This document shows, in pieces, positions 30,770 to 39,438 of a stretch of DNA of 64,000 bases. The notes beneath the pieces are model-generated. The model saw only the letters and a program-made list of their open reading frames with translations. It was not told the DNA's origin and made no database searches. The stretch's first letter is position 1; every line of letters begins with the position of its first letter. Source of the stretch: an uncultured Gemmatimonadales bacterium (GTDB taxonomy: Bacteria > Gemmatimonadota > Gemmatimonadetes > Gemmatimonadales > GWC2-71-9); NCBI GenBank assembly GCA_963739455.1, contig CAVUAK010000001.1:2208001-2272000 (forward strand). The letters are read 5' to 3'. A program made the position numbers and the translations under genes.

Positions 30770-31584
30770 CGGTGCACGAGGATGCGGAGTTCGATGCCCT
30801 GGCCAAGGACCTCACGGTGCGCACGGGAGTGTCGCTGGCGGCGTACAAGCCGAAGTGCCTCCGGCGCCGGATCGCCGTGCGCATGCGGGCCTGCGGCGTG
30901 CACACGTACGACGAGTACCGCGGCGTGCTCGCGAGTACGCCGGGCGAGGTCGATCGCCTGCACGACGCCCTCACGATCAACGTCACCCGCTTCTTCCGGA
31001 ACCCGGAAACCTGGGAGGCCGTAAAGGCGAACGTGCTGCCGGGGCTGATGGCGAAAGCGGCGCCGGTGCGGGTCTGGAGTGCCGGCTGCTCGTCGGGTGA
31101 GGAGGCGCATACGCTGGCGATGCTGTGGGCCGACGGCGCCGAGCGCGCGGGCCATCCCGAGTGGCTCGACCGGCTCAGCGTCGAGGCCACGGACATCGAC
31201 CGCGAGTGCATGCTGCGGGCGCGGGCGGGGCAGTATCGCACCGACGCCTTCGTGGAGACGCCGCCCCGGCTGGTGGAGCGATGGACCCGGCCGGAGGGAG
31301 AAGGGCGCATCGTCGACGCGCGGCTCCGCGCGCGGATCCAGGTGTCCACGCTCGACCTGACCCGCGATGCGATGCCGGTGCGCCGCTTCGACCTGGTCGT
31401 CTGTCGCAATGTCGTGATCTACTTCGACCGGATTACGCAGGAACGACTGTTCGTCGCCTTCCATGATGCGCTCGTGCCGGGCGGCACCCTGATCCTCGGC
31501 AAGGTGGAAACCCTGGTCGGCCCGGCGCGCGACCTGCTCGAGCTCGTGGATGTGCGCGAGCGCATTTACCGGAGGCCGGCGTGA
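30766..31584 (+). CDS. cheR: Chemotaxis methyltransferase CheR
   Basis: TINVTRFFRN, VWSAGCSSGEE, ATDID, FDLVVCRNVVIYF; ATG overlaps the upstream TGA. Confidence 0.93.
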   Translation: MTVHEDAEFDALAKDLTVRTGVSLAAYKPKCLRRRIAVRMRACGVHTYDEYRGVLASTPGEVDRLHDALTINVTRFFRNPETWEAVKANVLPGLMAKAAPVRVWSAGCSSGEEAHTLAMLWADGAERAGHPEWLDRLSVEATDIDRECMLRARAGQYRTDAFVETPPRLVERWTRPEGEGRIVDARLRARIQVSTLDLTRDAMPVRRFDLVVCRNVVIYFDRITQERLFVAFHDALVPGGTLILGKVETLVGPARDLLELVDVRERIYRRPA

Positions 31585-32069
31585 GCGCACGGGAGATCGT
31601 CGTGCGGGTATCGGACATGGCCGTGGCCTCGGCGGACGAGGTCCTCGTCACCGTGGGCCTGGGCAGCTGCGTGGCGATCATGCTCTACGATCCGGAGACG
31701 CGGATCGGCGGGCTCGCGCACATCCTGCTGCCGTCGAAGGCGCTGACCCGGCAGTCGGACAACCCGGCCAAGTTCCCGCAGTCGGCGGTGCCGGTGCTGC
31801 TGGAGCGGATGGTGGCGGCTGGGGCGAACCCGCGGCGCATCACGGCGCGCCTGGCGGGCGGGGCGAGCATGTTCTCGCAGCTGGCACCGCCGGGCACGAT
31901 CCAGATGGGCGAGCGGAACCTCGTGTCCACGCGGCAGGCGCTGAGTGCGCACAACGTGCCGCTCACGGGTGAGGCGGTGGGGGGCGACTTCGGCCGCACG
32001 GTGCGGCTGCACTGCAAGGACGGCCGGATCGACGTGTCATCGGTCGCGCACGGTGTCCAGCACCTCTGA
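31581..32069 (+). CDS. cheD: Chemoreceptor glutamine deamidase CheD
   Basis: [37 protein letters not shown]. Confidence 0.93.
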   Translation: MSAREIVVRVSDMAVASADEVLVTVGLGSCVAIMLYDPETRIGGLAHILLPSKALTRQSDNPAKFPQSAVPVLLERMVAAGANPRRITARLAGGASMFSQLAPPGTIQMGERNLVSTRQALSAHNVPLTGEAVGGDFGRTVRLHCKDGRIDVSSVAHGVQHL

Positions 32070-33126
32070 GCGACGGTCGGTCCTCATCGCCGACGACAGC
32101 CCATTCTTCCGCCGCCTGCTCTCCGACATCCTGGAGCGCAGCGGGGAATTCACCGTGGTGGGCACGGCGCGGAACGGCATGGACGCGCTGCAGAAGGTGC
32201 ACCGGCTGCAGCCGGACCTGGTGCTGATGGACCTGGAGATGCCGGAGCTCGACGGGCTGGGCGCCATCGGGTACATCATGTCGGAAGCGCCGCGGCCGAT
32301 CGTGGTGGTGTCGAGCTACGCGGGCCCGGGCACCTCGGCGGCGATCCGGTCGCTGGAGCTGGGCGCGGTGGAAATCGTGGCGAAGGAGTCGGGCCGCGAT
32401 GCCGCCGACCTGGAGCGGTTCGGCGAGCGCCTGCTGGAAACACTGCGGCTCTCGGCGGGGGCCGAACTGTTCCGCCTGCCGATCCTGGCACGGCCGGCAC
32501 AGGGCGTTCCGCCAGCGGCGCTCTTCTCGCTGCCGGGCCGGGCGCGCGGCTGCGTCGCCATTGCGGCATCGACCGGCGGTCCGCGCGCGCTCGCCGAGGT
32601 GGTACCGAAGCTCTCGCCGGGACTCGGCGCCGGAGTGGTGATCGTGCAGCACATGCCACCGGGCTTCACGCGGAGCCTGGCTGAGCGACTGTCGGGGCAG
32701 AGCCAGCTCCGCGTGGTGGAGGCGGAGCACGGCACGCCATTGCTCGAGGACACCGCGTACGTCGCACCGGGAGACTGGCACATGCGCGTGGCGGCGGGGC
32801 CCGACGGCGTGCACCTGCTGCTCGATCGCGAACCGACGATGCATGGTGTCCGGCCCGCCGCCGATCCGCTCTTCCGCTCGGTGGCCGAGGTGTTCGGCGC
32901 GCGCGCGGTGGGCGTGGTGCTGACGGGACTGGGCCGCGACGGCGCGGATGGGCTCAGGCGCATCCATGAGGCGGGTGGCATCGGGATCGCGCAGGATCGC
33001 GCGAGCGCCACCATCGACGGGATGCCGGCGGCGGCGCGAGCGTCGGGCGGCGCCGATCATGTGCTCTCGGTGACGCAGGTGGCGGGACAGGTGGACGCGG
33101 AGATCCGCCGCATGCGACTCCTGTGA
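32053..33126 (+). CDS. cheB: Chemotaxis methylesterase CheB
   Basis: REC domain plus [19 protein letters not shown] catalytic triad. Confidence 0.94.
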   Translation: MSSTSERRSVLIADDSPFFRRLLSDILERSGEFTVVGTARNGMDALQKVHRLQPDLVLMDLEMPELDGLGAIGYIMSEAPRPIVVVSSYAGPGTSAAIRSLELGAVEIVAKESGRDAADLERFGERLLETLRLSAGAELFRLPILARPAQGVPPAALFSLPGRARGCVAIAASTGGPRALAEVVPKLSPGLGAGVVIVQHMPPGFTRSLAERLSGQSQLRVVEAEHGTPLLEDTAYVAPGDWHMRVAAGPDGVHLLLDREPTMHGVRPAADPLFRSVAEVFGARAVGVVLTGLGRDGADGLRRIHEAGGIGIAQDRASATIDGMPAAARASGGADHVLSVTQVAGQVDAEIRRMRLL

Positions 33127-33545
33127 GTGCCCCGGCCGGGGCGTTCCTGCTGGTGCGCGCCGGTGGTCGCAAGGTGGGGCTCGCAGTCGAGGCGGTCATC
33201 GAAGTGCGCGAGCCGGATGAGCTCGGTGCCATCCCGTCGCTCGAACCGGCACTGCGCGGGGTGACCTCGCTGCGGGGCCAGCTGATGCCGGTGCTCAACC
33301 TGGGGGCGTTGCTGGGGGGTGAACCGGGGCCGGGCCTGGTGGTGGTCGTCACGAGCCTTGGAGGGCGCCGGGTGGGGCTCGAAGTCGATGACGCGGATGT
33401 GGTGGTGAGCGCTGGCGTCGCACTGCTGAGTGCCGATGAGACGCTCCCCTGGGCCCGCGCCATCGCGGTGCTCCCGGACCAGGTGTACGTGCCGCTCCTC
33501 GACCTGGGCGCGCTGGCGGCACGACTTACGGAGGTCAGCACATGA
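33123..33545 (+). CDS. cheW: CheW-like protein
   Basis: VIEV...[24 protein letters not shown]...VGLEVD. Confidence 0.8.
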   Translation: MSAPAGAFLLVRAGGRKVGLAVEAVIEVREPDELGAIPSLEPALRGVTSLRGQLMPVLNLGALLGGEPGPGLVVVVTSLGGRRVGLEVDDADVVVSAGVALLSADETLPWARAIAVLPDQVYVPLLDLGALAARLTEVST

Positions 33546-34015
33546 CGCTGCCACATGGCGATGACATCCAGCTGGTCACCTTCCGGTGCGGCGGGCATGA
33601 CTTCGCATTCGATATCCTGCAGCTGCAGCGGATCCTTCGGTACGAGGTGCCGTCACCGCTGCCGGACGCGCCCGATTTTCTCGAGGGTGTGCTGTCATAC
33701 GAGGGCGCTGCGGTGCCGGTGGTGGACCTGCGGAAGCGCCTGGGGCTGCCGGCCACTGTCACCGAAGAGACGCGGGTCATGCTGCTGGTGCTCGACGGGC
33801 ATCGCGTCGGGGTGGTGGTCGATGCCGCCCGCGAGCTGGTCCGGGTGGACAGCACCACGATCAGCGCGCCGCCGCCGATGGTCCGGGGCCTCGCCGCGCG
33901 GTACATCGCGGGCATCCTGGCGCGCCCCGAGCGCACCATCGTCATCCTGAACGCGCAGCGCCTGCTGGCCGACGACGAACGGAACGTCCTGCACCACCTG
34001 GAGATCACGACGTGA
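33542..34015 (+). CDS. cheW: CheW protein
   Basis: QLVTF..FAFDI..LPDAPDFLEGV..VPVVDLRKRLG..VGVVVD. Confidence 0.88.
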   Translation: MTLPHGDDIQLVTFRCGGHDFAFDILQLQRILRYEVPSPLPDAPDFLEGVLSYEGAAVPVVDLRKRLGLPATVTEETRVMLLVLDGHRVGVVVDAARELVRVDSTTISAPPPMVRGLAARYIAGILARPERTIVILNAQRLLADDERNVLHHLEITT

Positions 34016-34905
34016 GTGAACCGACCGGCTCCGGCCCCGATCCCTGGGTGACCGGCCTGCGCGCCACGCATGCCGACATCGCGCGACGCCTGGACGCGGC
34101 CACGACCGCCATCGACCGCGACATCCTGAAGCGCGAGATCATCTCGTTCTTCAAGCGTGTGGACGGGGCGCTCACCGACCTGACGAAGCTCAAGGAGGAG
34201 ATCCGCCTGCTCGTCAACCAGTACAAGCAGGTGGCGTCCACGGCCGACTCGGCGCAGGCGCCGCAGTTCACCGGTGCGTTCCCGGTGGTGCAGGCGGACC
34301 ACCTCGGCGCGTCGACGTACATCGAGAAGGGGTGGAGCCTCATCTCGCTGGGCGATCATGCGGGGGCGATCCAGGCGCTGCAGCGCGCGCTCCAGCTGGC
34401 GCCGGGCGATACGCAGGCGCAGTCGCTGCTGGGCTGGGCGCAAATGCTCCACGAGGATTATGACGATGCCTTGGGCACCTTCTCGCGGGTACTGATGAAG
34501 GAGCCGGCCAACTCGCTCGCCCGGATCAACGTCGGCTACATTTGCCTGAAGAAGGGGATCTTCGGCGAGGCGATCGAGCACCTGTCCAAGGCCATCCGGC
34601 TGGACAACGATCGCAAGGCCACGCTGTACGCGCACTTCTACCTGGGCCTGGTGTACCTCGAGCGGGAAATGTTCGAGGATGCGCAGTCCTTCTTCCGGAA
34701 GACGCTGCAGCTCGGGCCCAACCTCATTGAGGCCTACTTCGAACTGGGACGCGCGCAGTGGTTCGCGGGGGAACGGGACCACGCGGTGGGAACCTGGACG
34801 GAGGGGCAGAAGGCCAACCGGTTCAACCCGTGGTCAAAGCGGTGCGCGGAAATGCTGGAGCGGGCGGCGGCGGGGGAAGACATTCCGCGGGCGCTGGTTT
34901 CATAG
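34012..34905 (+). CDS. Coiled-coil + TPR protein
   Basis: N-terminal helical segment, then TPRs (ARINVGYI, AHFYLGLVY, AYFELGRA). Confidence 0.8.
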   Translation: MSEPTGSGPDPWVTGLRATHADIARRLDAATTAIDRDILKREIISFFKRVDGALTDLTKLKEEIRLLVNQYKQVASTADSAQAPQFTGAFPVVQADHLGASTYIEKGWSLISLGDHAGAIQALQRALQLAPGDTQAQSLLGWAQMLHEDYDDALGTFSRVLMKEPANSLARINVGYICLKKGIFGEAIEHLSKAIRLDNDRKATLYAHFYLGLVYLEREMFEDAQSFFRKTLQLGPNLIEAYFELGRAQWFAGERDHAVGTWTEGQKANRFNPWSKRCAEMLERAAAGEDIPRALVS

Positions 34906-34906
34906 C

Positions 34907-34993
34907 AAGGCGGGGAGGGCGGGGAGGGCGGGGATGGCGGGTCGCCCTCATGCTGCTGTTGCCCGCCTTCCCCGTCGTCCCCGCCTTACCCGC
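34907..34993. repeat. 9-mer tandem array followed by its imperfect reverse complement
   Basis: AAGGCGGGG AGGGCGGGG AGGGCGGGG ATGGCGGG ... CCCGCCTTC CCCGTCGTC CCCGCCTTA CCCGC. Confidence 0.7.
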
Positions 34994-35852
34994 TCAATCC
35001 CTTGGCTCCGCGCAGGTCGGCAACGTCACCGTCGTTGCGGGTCGCGAAGAGATGAACGCCGCGATGGGCCTCGCGGAGTGGGCCGACCAGCCAGCCGACT
35101 GGCCCGGCCTCGGGCGGCGGAGCCCGCTGCCGTTCCGCCTCATCCTCGCCCGCGATGCCGCCGGTCTCTCCCGCCTTACGGGAGGTCGTGCGCCGGCCTG
35201 GGGCGCGGGGATCACGCTCCCCGGGCCGCGGCTCATTGCGCTCCGCGCCGATGCTGACCCGATGCACACCCTCCGTCATGAGCTCGCGCACCTGGTGCTG
35301 CACGATGCGGTGCAGGTGCCGATGCCACTCTGGTTCGAGGAGGGGTATGCCGTCTATGCGGCGGGCGAATGGGACCTGCTCGAGGCGCTGAGCCTGAACT
35401 ACGCCGTGGTGTCGGGGTCCACACCCGGCCTGGACTCGCTCAACCGGGCACTCCGGGGGCACCCGGCGGGGATCAGCACGGCGTATGCGCTCTCGGCGTC
35501 GGCGGTGCTGGAGCTGGCCCGCCGGAATCCGAGCCGAAGCCTGACGCCATTGGTCGAGCGCCTCGCGGCAGGTGAGCAATTCGATTCGGCGCTCCTCGCC
35601 ACGACCGGCCTTACACCGGAAAACTTCGACGAGGCATGGCAGCGAGGGGTCAGGCAACGCTACAGCCTGTTCACCTGGCTGGCCGCCGGTGGGGCATGGG
35701 CGATACTGGCCATGGCATTGATGCTGGGCACCTGGTGGAGGCGGCGACGCGACCGGGGCCGCCGGTCGGCGCTGGATGAGGGGTGGGAATTGCCTCCGGA
35801 GCCGGAAATGCAAGCGGCGCAGGCGCTTGACCCGACTCCATCCGGCGAGTAG
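34950..35852 (+). CDS. Gluzincin/peptidase MA-like exported protein with C-terminal TM anchor (start uncertain)
   Basis: TLRHELAHLVL...PLWFEEGYA (HExxH plus downstream E); C-terminal hydrophobic helix followed by WWRRRR. Confidence 0.7.
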   Translation: MLLLPAFPVVPALPAQSLGSAQVGNVTVVAGREEMNAAMGLAEWADQPADWPGLGRRSPLPFRLILARDAAGLSRLTGGRAPAWGAGITLPGPRLIALRADADPMHTLRHELAHLVLHDAVQVPMPLWFEEGYAVYAAGEWDLLEALSLNYAVVSGSTPGLDSLNRALRGHPAGISTAYALSASAVLELARRNPSRSLTPLVERLAAGEQFDSALLATTGLTPENFDEAWQRGVRQRYSLFTWLAAGGAWAILAMALMLGTWWRRRRDRGRRSALDEGWELPPEPEMQAAQALDPTPSGE

Positions 35853-35855
35853 TCT
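35827..35855 (+). promoter_or_regulatory. Putative sigma70 promoter
   Basis: TTGACC-N17-TAGTCT, upstream of ORF 35868 and tRNA-Val. Confidence 0.55.
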
Positions 35856-35867
35856 CTTACCTCTTAT

Positions 35868-36068
35868 ATGCCAGAACTGACAGCTCACAAGGTCTCGACC
35901 TCCCGCGCACGCTGGCCCCTGTCGCCGCGCAGCCTGATCGTCATTGTTGCGGCGTTGTTTGCCATCATTGCGGGGTATATGGTACTCTCGGCTGGACACG
36001 CCAGTGCGGCGGCGGTGCTGCTGGTGCTGGGGTATTGTGTGCTGCTCCCGCTCGGTATCGTCATCTAG
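35868..36068 (+). CDS. Small two-TM membrane protein (DUF3098-like)
   Basis: 66 aa with two hydrophobic helices, ending LVLGYCVLLPLGIVI. Confidence 0.6.
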   Translation: MPELTAHKVSTSRARWPLSPRSLIVIVAALFAIIAGYMVLSAGHASAAAVLLVLGYCVLLPLGIVI

Positions 36069-36141
36069 GCAAGGCCCTGGCCGGGGCAATGCCGGTGCGG
36101 TTCCGTAGCCCAGAGGTCTCGAACCGCGCCGTCCCCAATGC

Positions 36142-36216
36142 GGGCGATTAGCTCAGCCGGTTCAGAGCGCCTGCCTTACACGCAGGATGTCGGGGGTTCG
36201 AATCCCTCATCGCCCA
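36142..36216 (+). tRNA. tRNA-Val(TAC)
   Basis: GGGCGAT acceptor stem, anticodon arm CCTGC-CTTACAC-GCAGG, GGTTCGAATCC T-arm; CCA not encoded. Confidence 0.95.
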
Positions 36217-36285
36217 TATCGCGCGCCACCCCGGCGCGCTTCACTCGGCCGTTCCGGCCGGTGTTCCCGCAGGAGACATGAACGC

Positions 36286-38004
36286 ATGACGCGACTCGGT
36301 CAGGTGGTGCTGTCATCGCTCGCGCTTGGTGCAGCGCTCTCGGCCGACCTCTGTGGGCAAGGGATCCCGAAAAACACGCGTCGCCTGGGCGGGCCGGCTC
36401 CGTCAGCGATCCGGGTCATGGTCGCGATCCCGTATGCGTCGTCGACGGCGGACTCGGCCGCGGCCGTGGCGATCGGGACCGGCATGCGGACCAAGCTCGC
36501 GAGCGTGGCCGGTTCCGACTACTCGATCGTGTCCGACTCGATCATGAACACGGCACTCGAGCAGTTCGGCTATCCCAAGAACGCCATCCTCAGCCCACCG
36601 AACGCGCTGATCCTCGCCAAGCAGATCCCGGGCACCAAGGGAATCATCACGTCGACGCTGACGCGACAGGATGGCGGGCCGTACTCCATGACCTCGCGAT
36701 TCTTCGGCGTGCAGTCCGATGCCGGCGTGGTCAAGCTGGCCACGCAGACGCAGGGCGAGAAGCTCGAGGCTTTTGGCGCGCGAGTCGCTGAAGGATTCGA
36801 TGCCTCGTTCGATGCCTTCGATGATGCCAAGCAGTGCGAGGACCTGCGGGCGACCAAGCCTGAGGATGCGACGAAGGCAGCCGAGCGGTCGATCAAGAGC
36901 GTGCCGGACCAGGGCCTGGCGCACCTGTGCCTGGCCGAGATCGCCATTGCGGCAAAGAAGCCGCGGGCCGACATCGTCGGGCACCTGGAAGCGGCGACGA
37001 AGGGCGATCCGCTGAGCCTCACCGCGTGGACCCTGCTGGCGGAACAGCAGGAGCAGGCGGGTGACACGGCGGCCGTGATTACCGCCTTCAAGCAGATGCT
37101 GCTGGTGGCCCCGGGCAACCAGAAGCTGCGCGAGGGGATCTTCAAGTACCTGCTCAAGGCAGGGAAGCCCAACGTGGCGCGCGAGGTTGCAGACGAGGGA
37201 CTCAAGCTGGACCCGAACAACTGGGACCTGTACGACCTGAAGAGCAATGCCTGCCTCTTCCAGAGCGACTTCCCCTGTGCCATCGACGCCCTGGCTCAGG
37301 CGTACGCGGTCGATTCGTCGCGAGCCGACTCGAGCTTCTACAAGAAGATCGCGGTGGCCGCAGCGCAGCAGCCTGATACGGCGAAGCTGGTACTGTGGTC
37401 ACAGCGCGGCCTCAAGAAGTACCCGGACAACGTCGAGCTGCTCGGATACGCCGAGCAGGGGTACATGCTTACCGGGCAGGTGGACTCCACCGTGGCCATC
37501 GCGAAGCGCCTCCTGGCGGCGGACTCGACCCAGATCGACCCGGCCCTCGCCGCGATCCAGTCACTCGCGACGGCTGGCCGCATCGCCGATGCGCAGCCGC
37601 TCATCCAGATGGTGCAGGCGAAGGGATCGCCGCAGCAGAAGGAACAGATGGCGGCCATCCTGGCCAACGCCGCGCTCCCGCTGCTGCAGAAGTCCGAGTA
37701 TCCCGCCGCCGCCGACCTCTCGCGGCAGTGCGTGGCGAACGCCGACCCGAAGGGGCGGATCATCGGGAGCTGCCAGCTGATCCTGGGTCTCTCGGCGTTC
37801 CAGTCGGCGGCCACCATGGATGCCGAGACCGAGAAGACGAAGTCGTGCGAAGCGGCGAAGAAGGAGGACGCGCTGGTGAACGAGGCCGAGGTGGCGCTGA
37901 CCGCGGCGAAGGCGACGCGGCCGGACGCGGTGGAGAAGCCGCTGGCCGCGGTTCCGCAGTTCAAGGCGCGCACGTCGTCCATGATCAAGTCGTATTGCAA
38001 GTGA
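36286..38004 (+). CDS. Secreted alpha-helical/TPR-like hypothetical protein
   Basis: AGGAG RBS, signal-peptide-like N-terminus, TPR-like helices, several Cys; strong GC3 codon bias. Confidence 0.7.
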   Translation: MTRLGQVVLSSLALGAALSADLCGQGIPKNTRRLGGPAPSAIRVMVAIPYASSTADSAAAVAIGTGMRTKLASVAGSDYSIVSDSIMNTALEQFGYPKNAILSPPNALILAKQIPGTKGIITSTLTRQDGGPYSMTSRFFGVQSDAGVVKLATQTQGEKLEAFGARVAEGFDASFDAFDDAKQCEDLRATKPEDATKAAERSIKSVPDQGLAHLCLAEIAIAAKKPRADIVGHLEAATKGDPLSLTAWTLLAEQQEQAGDTAAVITAFKQMLLVAPGNQKLREGIFKYLLKAGKPNVAREVADEGLKLDPNNWDLYDLKSNACLFQSDFPCAIDALAQAYAVDSSRADSSFYKKIAVAAAQQPDTAKLVLWSQRGLKKYPDNVELLGYAEQGYMLTGQVDSTVAIAKRLLAADSTQIDPALAAIQSLATAGRIADAQPLIQMVQAKGSPQQKEQMAAILANAALPLLQKSEYPAAADLSRQCVANADPKGRIIGSCQLILGLSAFQSAATMDAETEKTKSCEAAKKEDALVNEAEVALTAAKATRPDAVEKPLAAVPQFKARTSSMIKSYCK

Positions 38005-38045
38005 GTGAGCAGTCGAGGTGGTCAGTCGGCAGGGAAGCTGAGGGG

Positions 38046-38074
38046 TTGCCGGGGGGCGGGGGGCTGCCTAACTT
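38046..38074 (+). promoter_or_regulatory. Putative promoter of tRNA-Asp
   Basis: TTGCCG-N17-TAACTT. Confidence 0.5.
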
Positions 38075-38096
38075 TGCCCCCCGCTGCAAAGGTCCG

Positions 38097-38171
38097 GGGG
38101 CTGTAGCTCAGCTTGGTTAGAGTGCCGCACTGTCACTGCGGAGGTCGCGGGTTCGAGCCCCGTCAGCCCCG
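38097..38171 (+). tRNA. tRNA-Asp(GTC)
   Basis: GGGGCTG/CAGCCCC acceptor stem, CCGCA-CTGTCAC-TGCGG anticodon arm, GGTTCGAGCCC. Confidence 0.95.
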
Positions 38172-38186
38172 TCGTCCTCTCAGTAC

Positions 38187-38223
38187 CGCACTCCGTCTCC
38201 TGGACGGGGTGCGTTTTCTTTTT
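38187..38223 (+). terminator. Rho-independent terminator after tRNA-Asp
   Basis: CGCACTCCGTC-TCCTG-GACGGGGTGCG followed by TTTTCTTTTT. Confidence 0.75.
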
Positions 38224-38234
38224 CCGGCCATTCC

Positions 38235-39158
38235 ATGTCAACCGGCGATACCCAGGCACTGCACGAACCTGTCCTGCTTGCGGAGGTCCTGGCCGCCGGG
38301 GCCGGGGCGCGCCGGGTCGTGGATGCCACCCTGGGTCATGGCGGCCACGCGGGAGCACTGCGGGCGCAGGGCGCCGAAGTGCTCGGCATCGACCGGGATC
38401 CCGATGCGCTCGCGACCGCCAGGACGCGGCTGGGCGAGGCCGGGATGACGTGGCTCGAGGCGCCGTATGCCTCGGCGCCCGCCATCGAGGCGGTGACGGC
38501 ATTCGTTCCCGATTTTATCCTTCTGGATCTCGGCGTCTCGTCGCGACAGCTGGATGCGGACAGCCGCGGCTTCAGCTTCCGCCCCGGCGTCGCGCTCGAC
38601 ATGCGGATGGGTGCGACCGGCCCCACTGCGGCCGACCTGCTCAACGAGTTGCCTGAAGCGCAGCTGGTGATGATCCTGCGGGACTACGCCGACGAGCGCC
38701 GGGCCAGCGCGATGGCGCGCGAGATCGTGCGGCGCCGGGACCGCGGCCCCTTCGCGTCGAGCGACGACCTGGTCAACACCATTCGCGCCGTGCTCGGGCC
38801 GCGGGCCGGTCCCGGCGAGTTTGCGCGGATCTTCCAGGGGTTCCGGATCGCGGTGAACGATGAGCTCGGCGGGCTGGCGCGGGCACTCGATGCCTTTCGC
38901 GATGCCCTTTCGCCCGGCGGCCGCCTGGCGGTGATCAGCTATCACTCGGGAGAGGACCGTCTCGTGAAGCAGGCGTTCCGGGGCTGGAGTACCGCGTGCA
39001 CCTGCCCGCCTGGCCTGCCGGTATGCATCTGCGGCGGCAAGGCGTCGGGCCAGCTGGTGACGCGCCGGCCGATCGTGGCGAGCGACGTGGAGGCAGCAGC
39101 CAATCCGCGCGCCCGCAGTGCCCGTCTCCGGGTTTTCCGGGTGAACGATGCAGGTTAA
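38235..39158 (+). CDS. rsmH: 16S rRNA m4C1402 methyltransferase
   Basis: HEPVLL, DATLGHGGH, DLGVSSRQLD, LDMRM, ISYHSGEDR, NPRARSARLR. Confidence 0.95.
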   Translation: MSTGDTQALHEPVLLAEVLAAGAGARRVVDATLGHGGHAGALRAQGAEVLGIDRDPDALATARTRLGEAGMTWLEAPYASAPAIEAVTAFVPDFILLDLGVSSRQLDADSRGFSFRPGVALDMRMGATGPTAADLLNELPEAQLVMILRDYADERRASAMAREIVRRRDRGPFASSDDLVNTIRAVLGPRAGPGEFARIFQGFRIAVNDELGGLARALDAFRDALSPGGRLAVISYHSGEDRLVKQAFRGWSTACTCPPGLPVCICGGKASGQLVTRRPIVASDVEAAANPRARSARLRVFRVNDAG

Positions 39159-39438
39159 GGGGCGGCATCACCTCCTGTTCTGGCTGCTGCTGTTCCTGGT
39201 GGTCGCCGGCGGGATCGTGGCGCGCCAGAATGCGTCGATCGCCGCGGCGGGACGCCTCAGCCGGCTCCGGGAGGAGCGCACCACGCTCGAGGCGCGACGG
39301 GCCGACCTGACCGGCCAGATCCGTGAAGCGTCGAGTCGCCGGGCGCTGGCGCCGCTCGCGGAGGCCATGGGCCTGCACGAGCCGTCCGATTCCGAAGTCA
39401 ACTACCTCAAGCTCTCAGCCGACGACCGCCGGCCATGA
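39148..39438 (+). CDS. ftsL: Cell division protein FtsL-like
   Basis: One TM helix plus coiled coil, located between rsmH and the PBP gene. Confidence 0.7.
   Translation: MQVKGRHHLLFWLLLFLVVAGGIVARQNASIAAAGRLSRLREERTTLEARRADLTGQIREASSRRALAPLAEAMGLHEPSDSEVNYLKLSADDRRP

Noticed and set aside
29149..31584. Apparent 811-aa PATAN-TPR-CheR fusion
   Set aside because: A +1 shift near 30610 moves the last TPR into ORF 30566..30769, whose TGA overlaps a proper cheR ATG at 30766. The read-through segment is not protein-like.
36142..38171. tRNA-anchored genomic island or prophage
   Set aside because: No integrase and no duplicated tRNA 3' end noticed.
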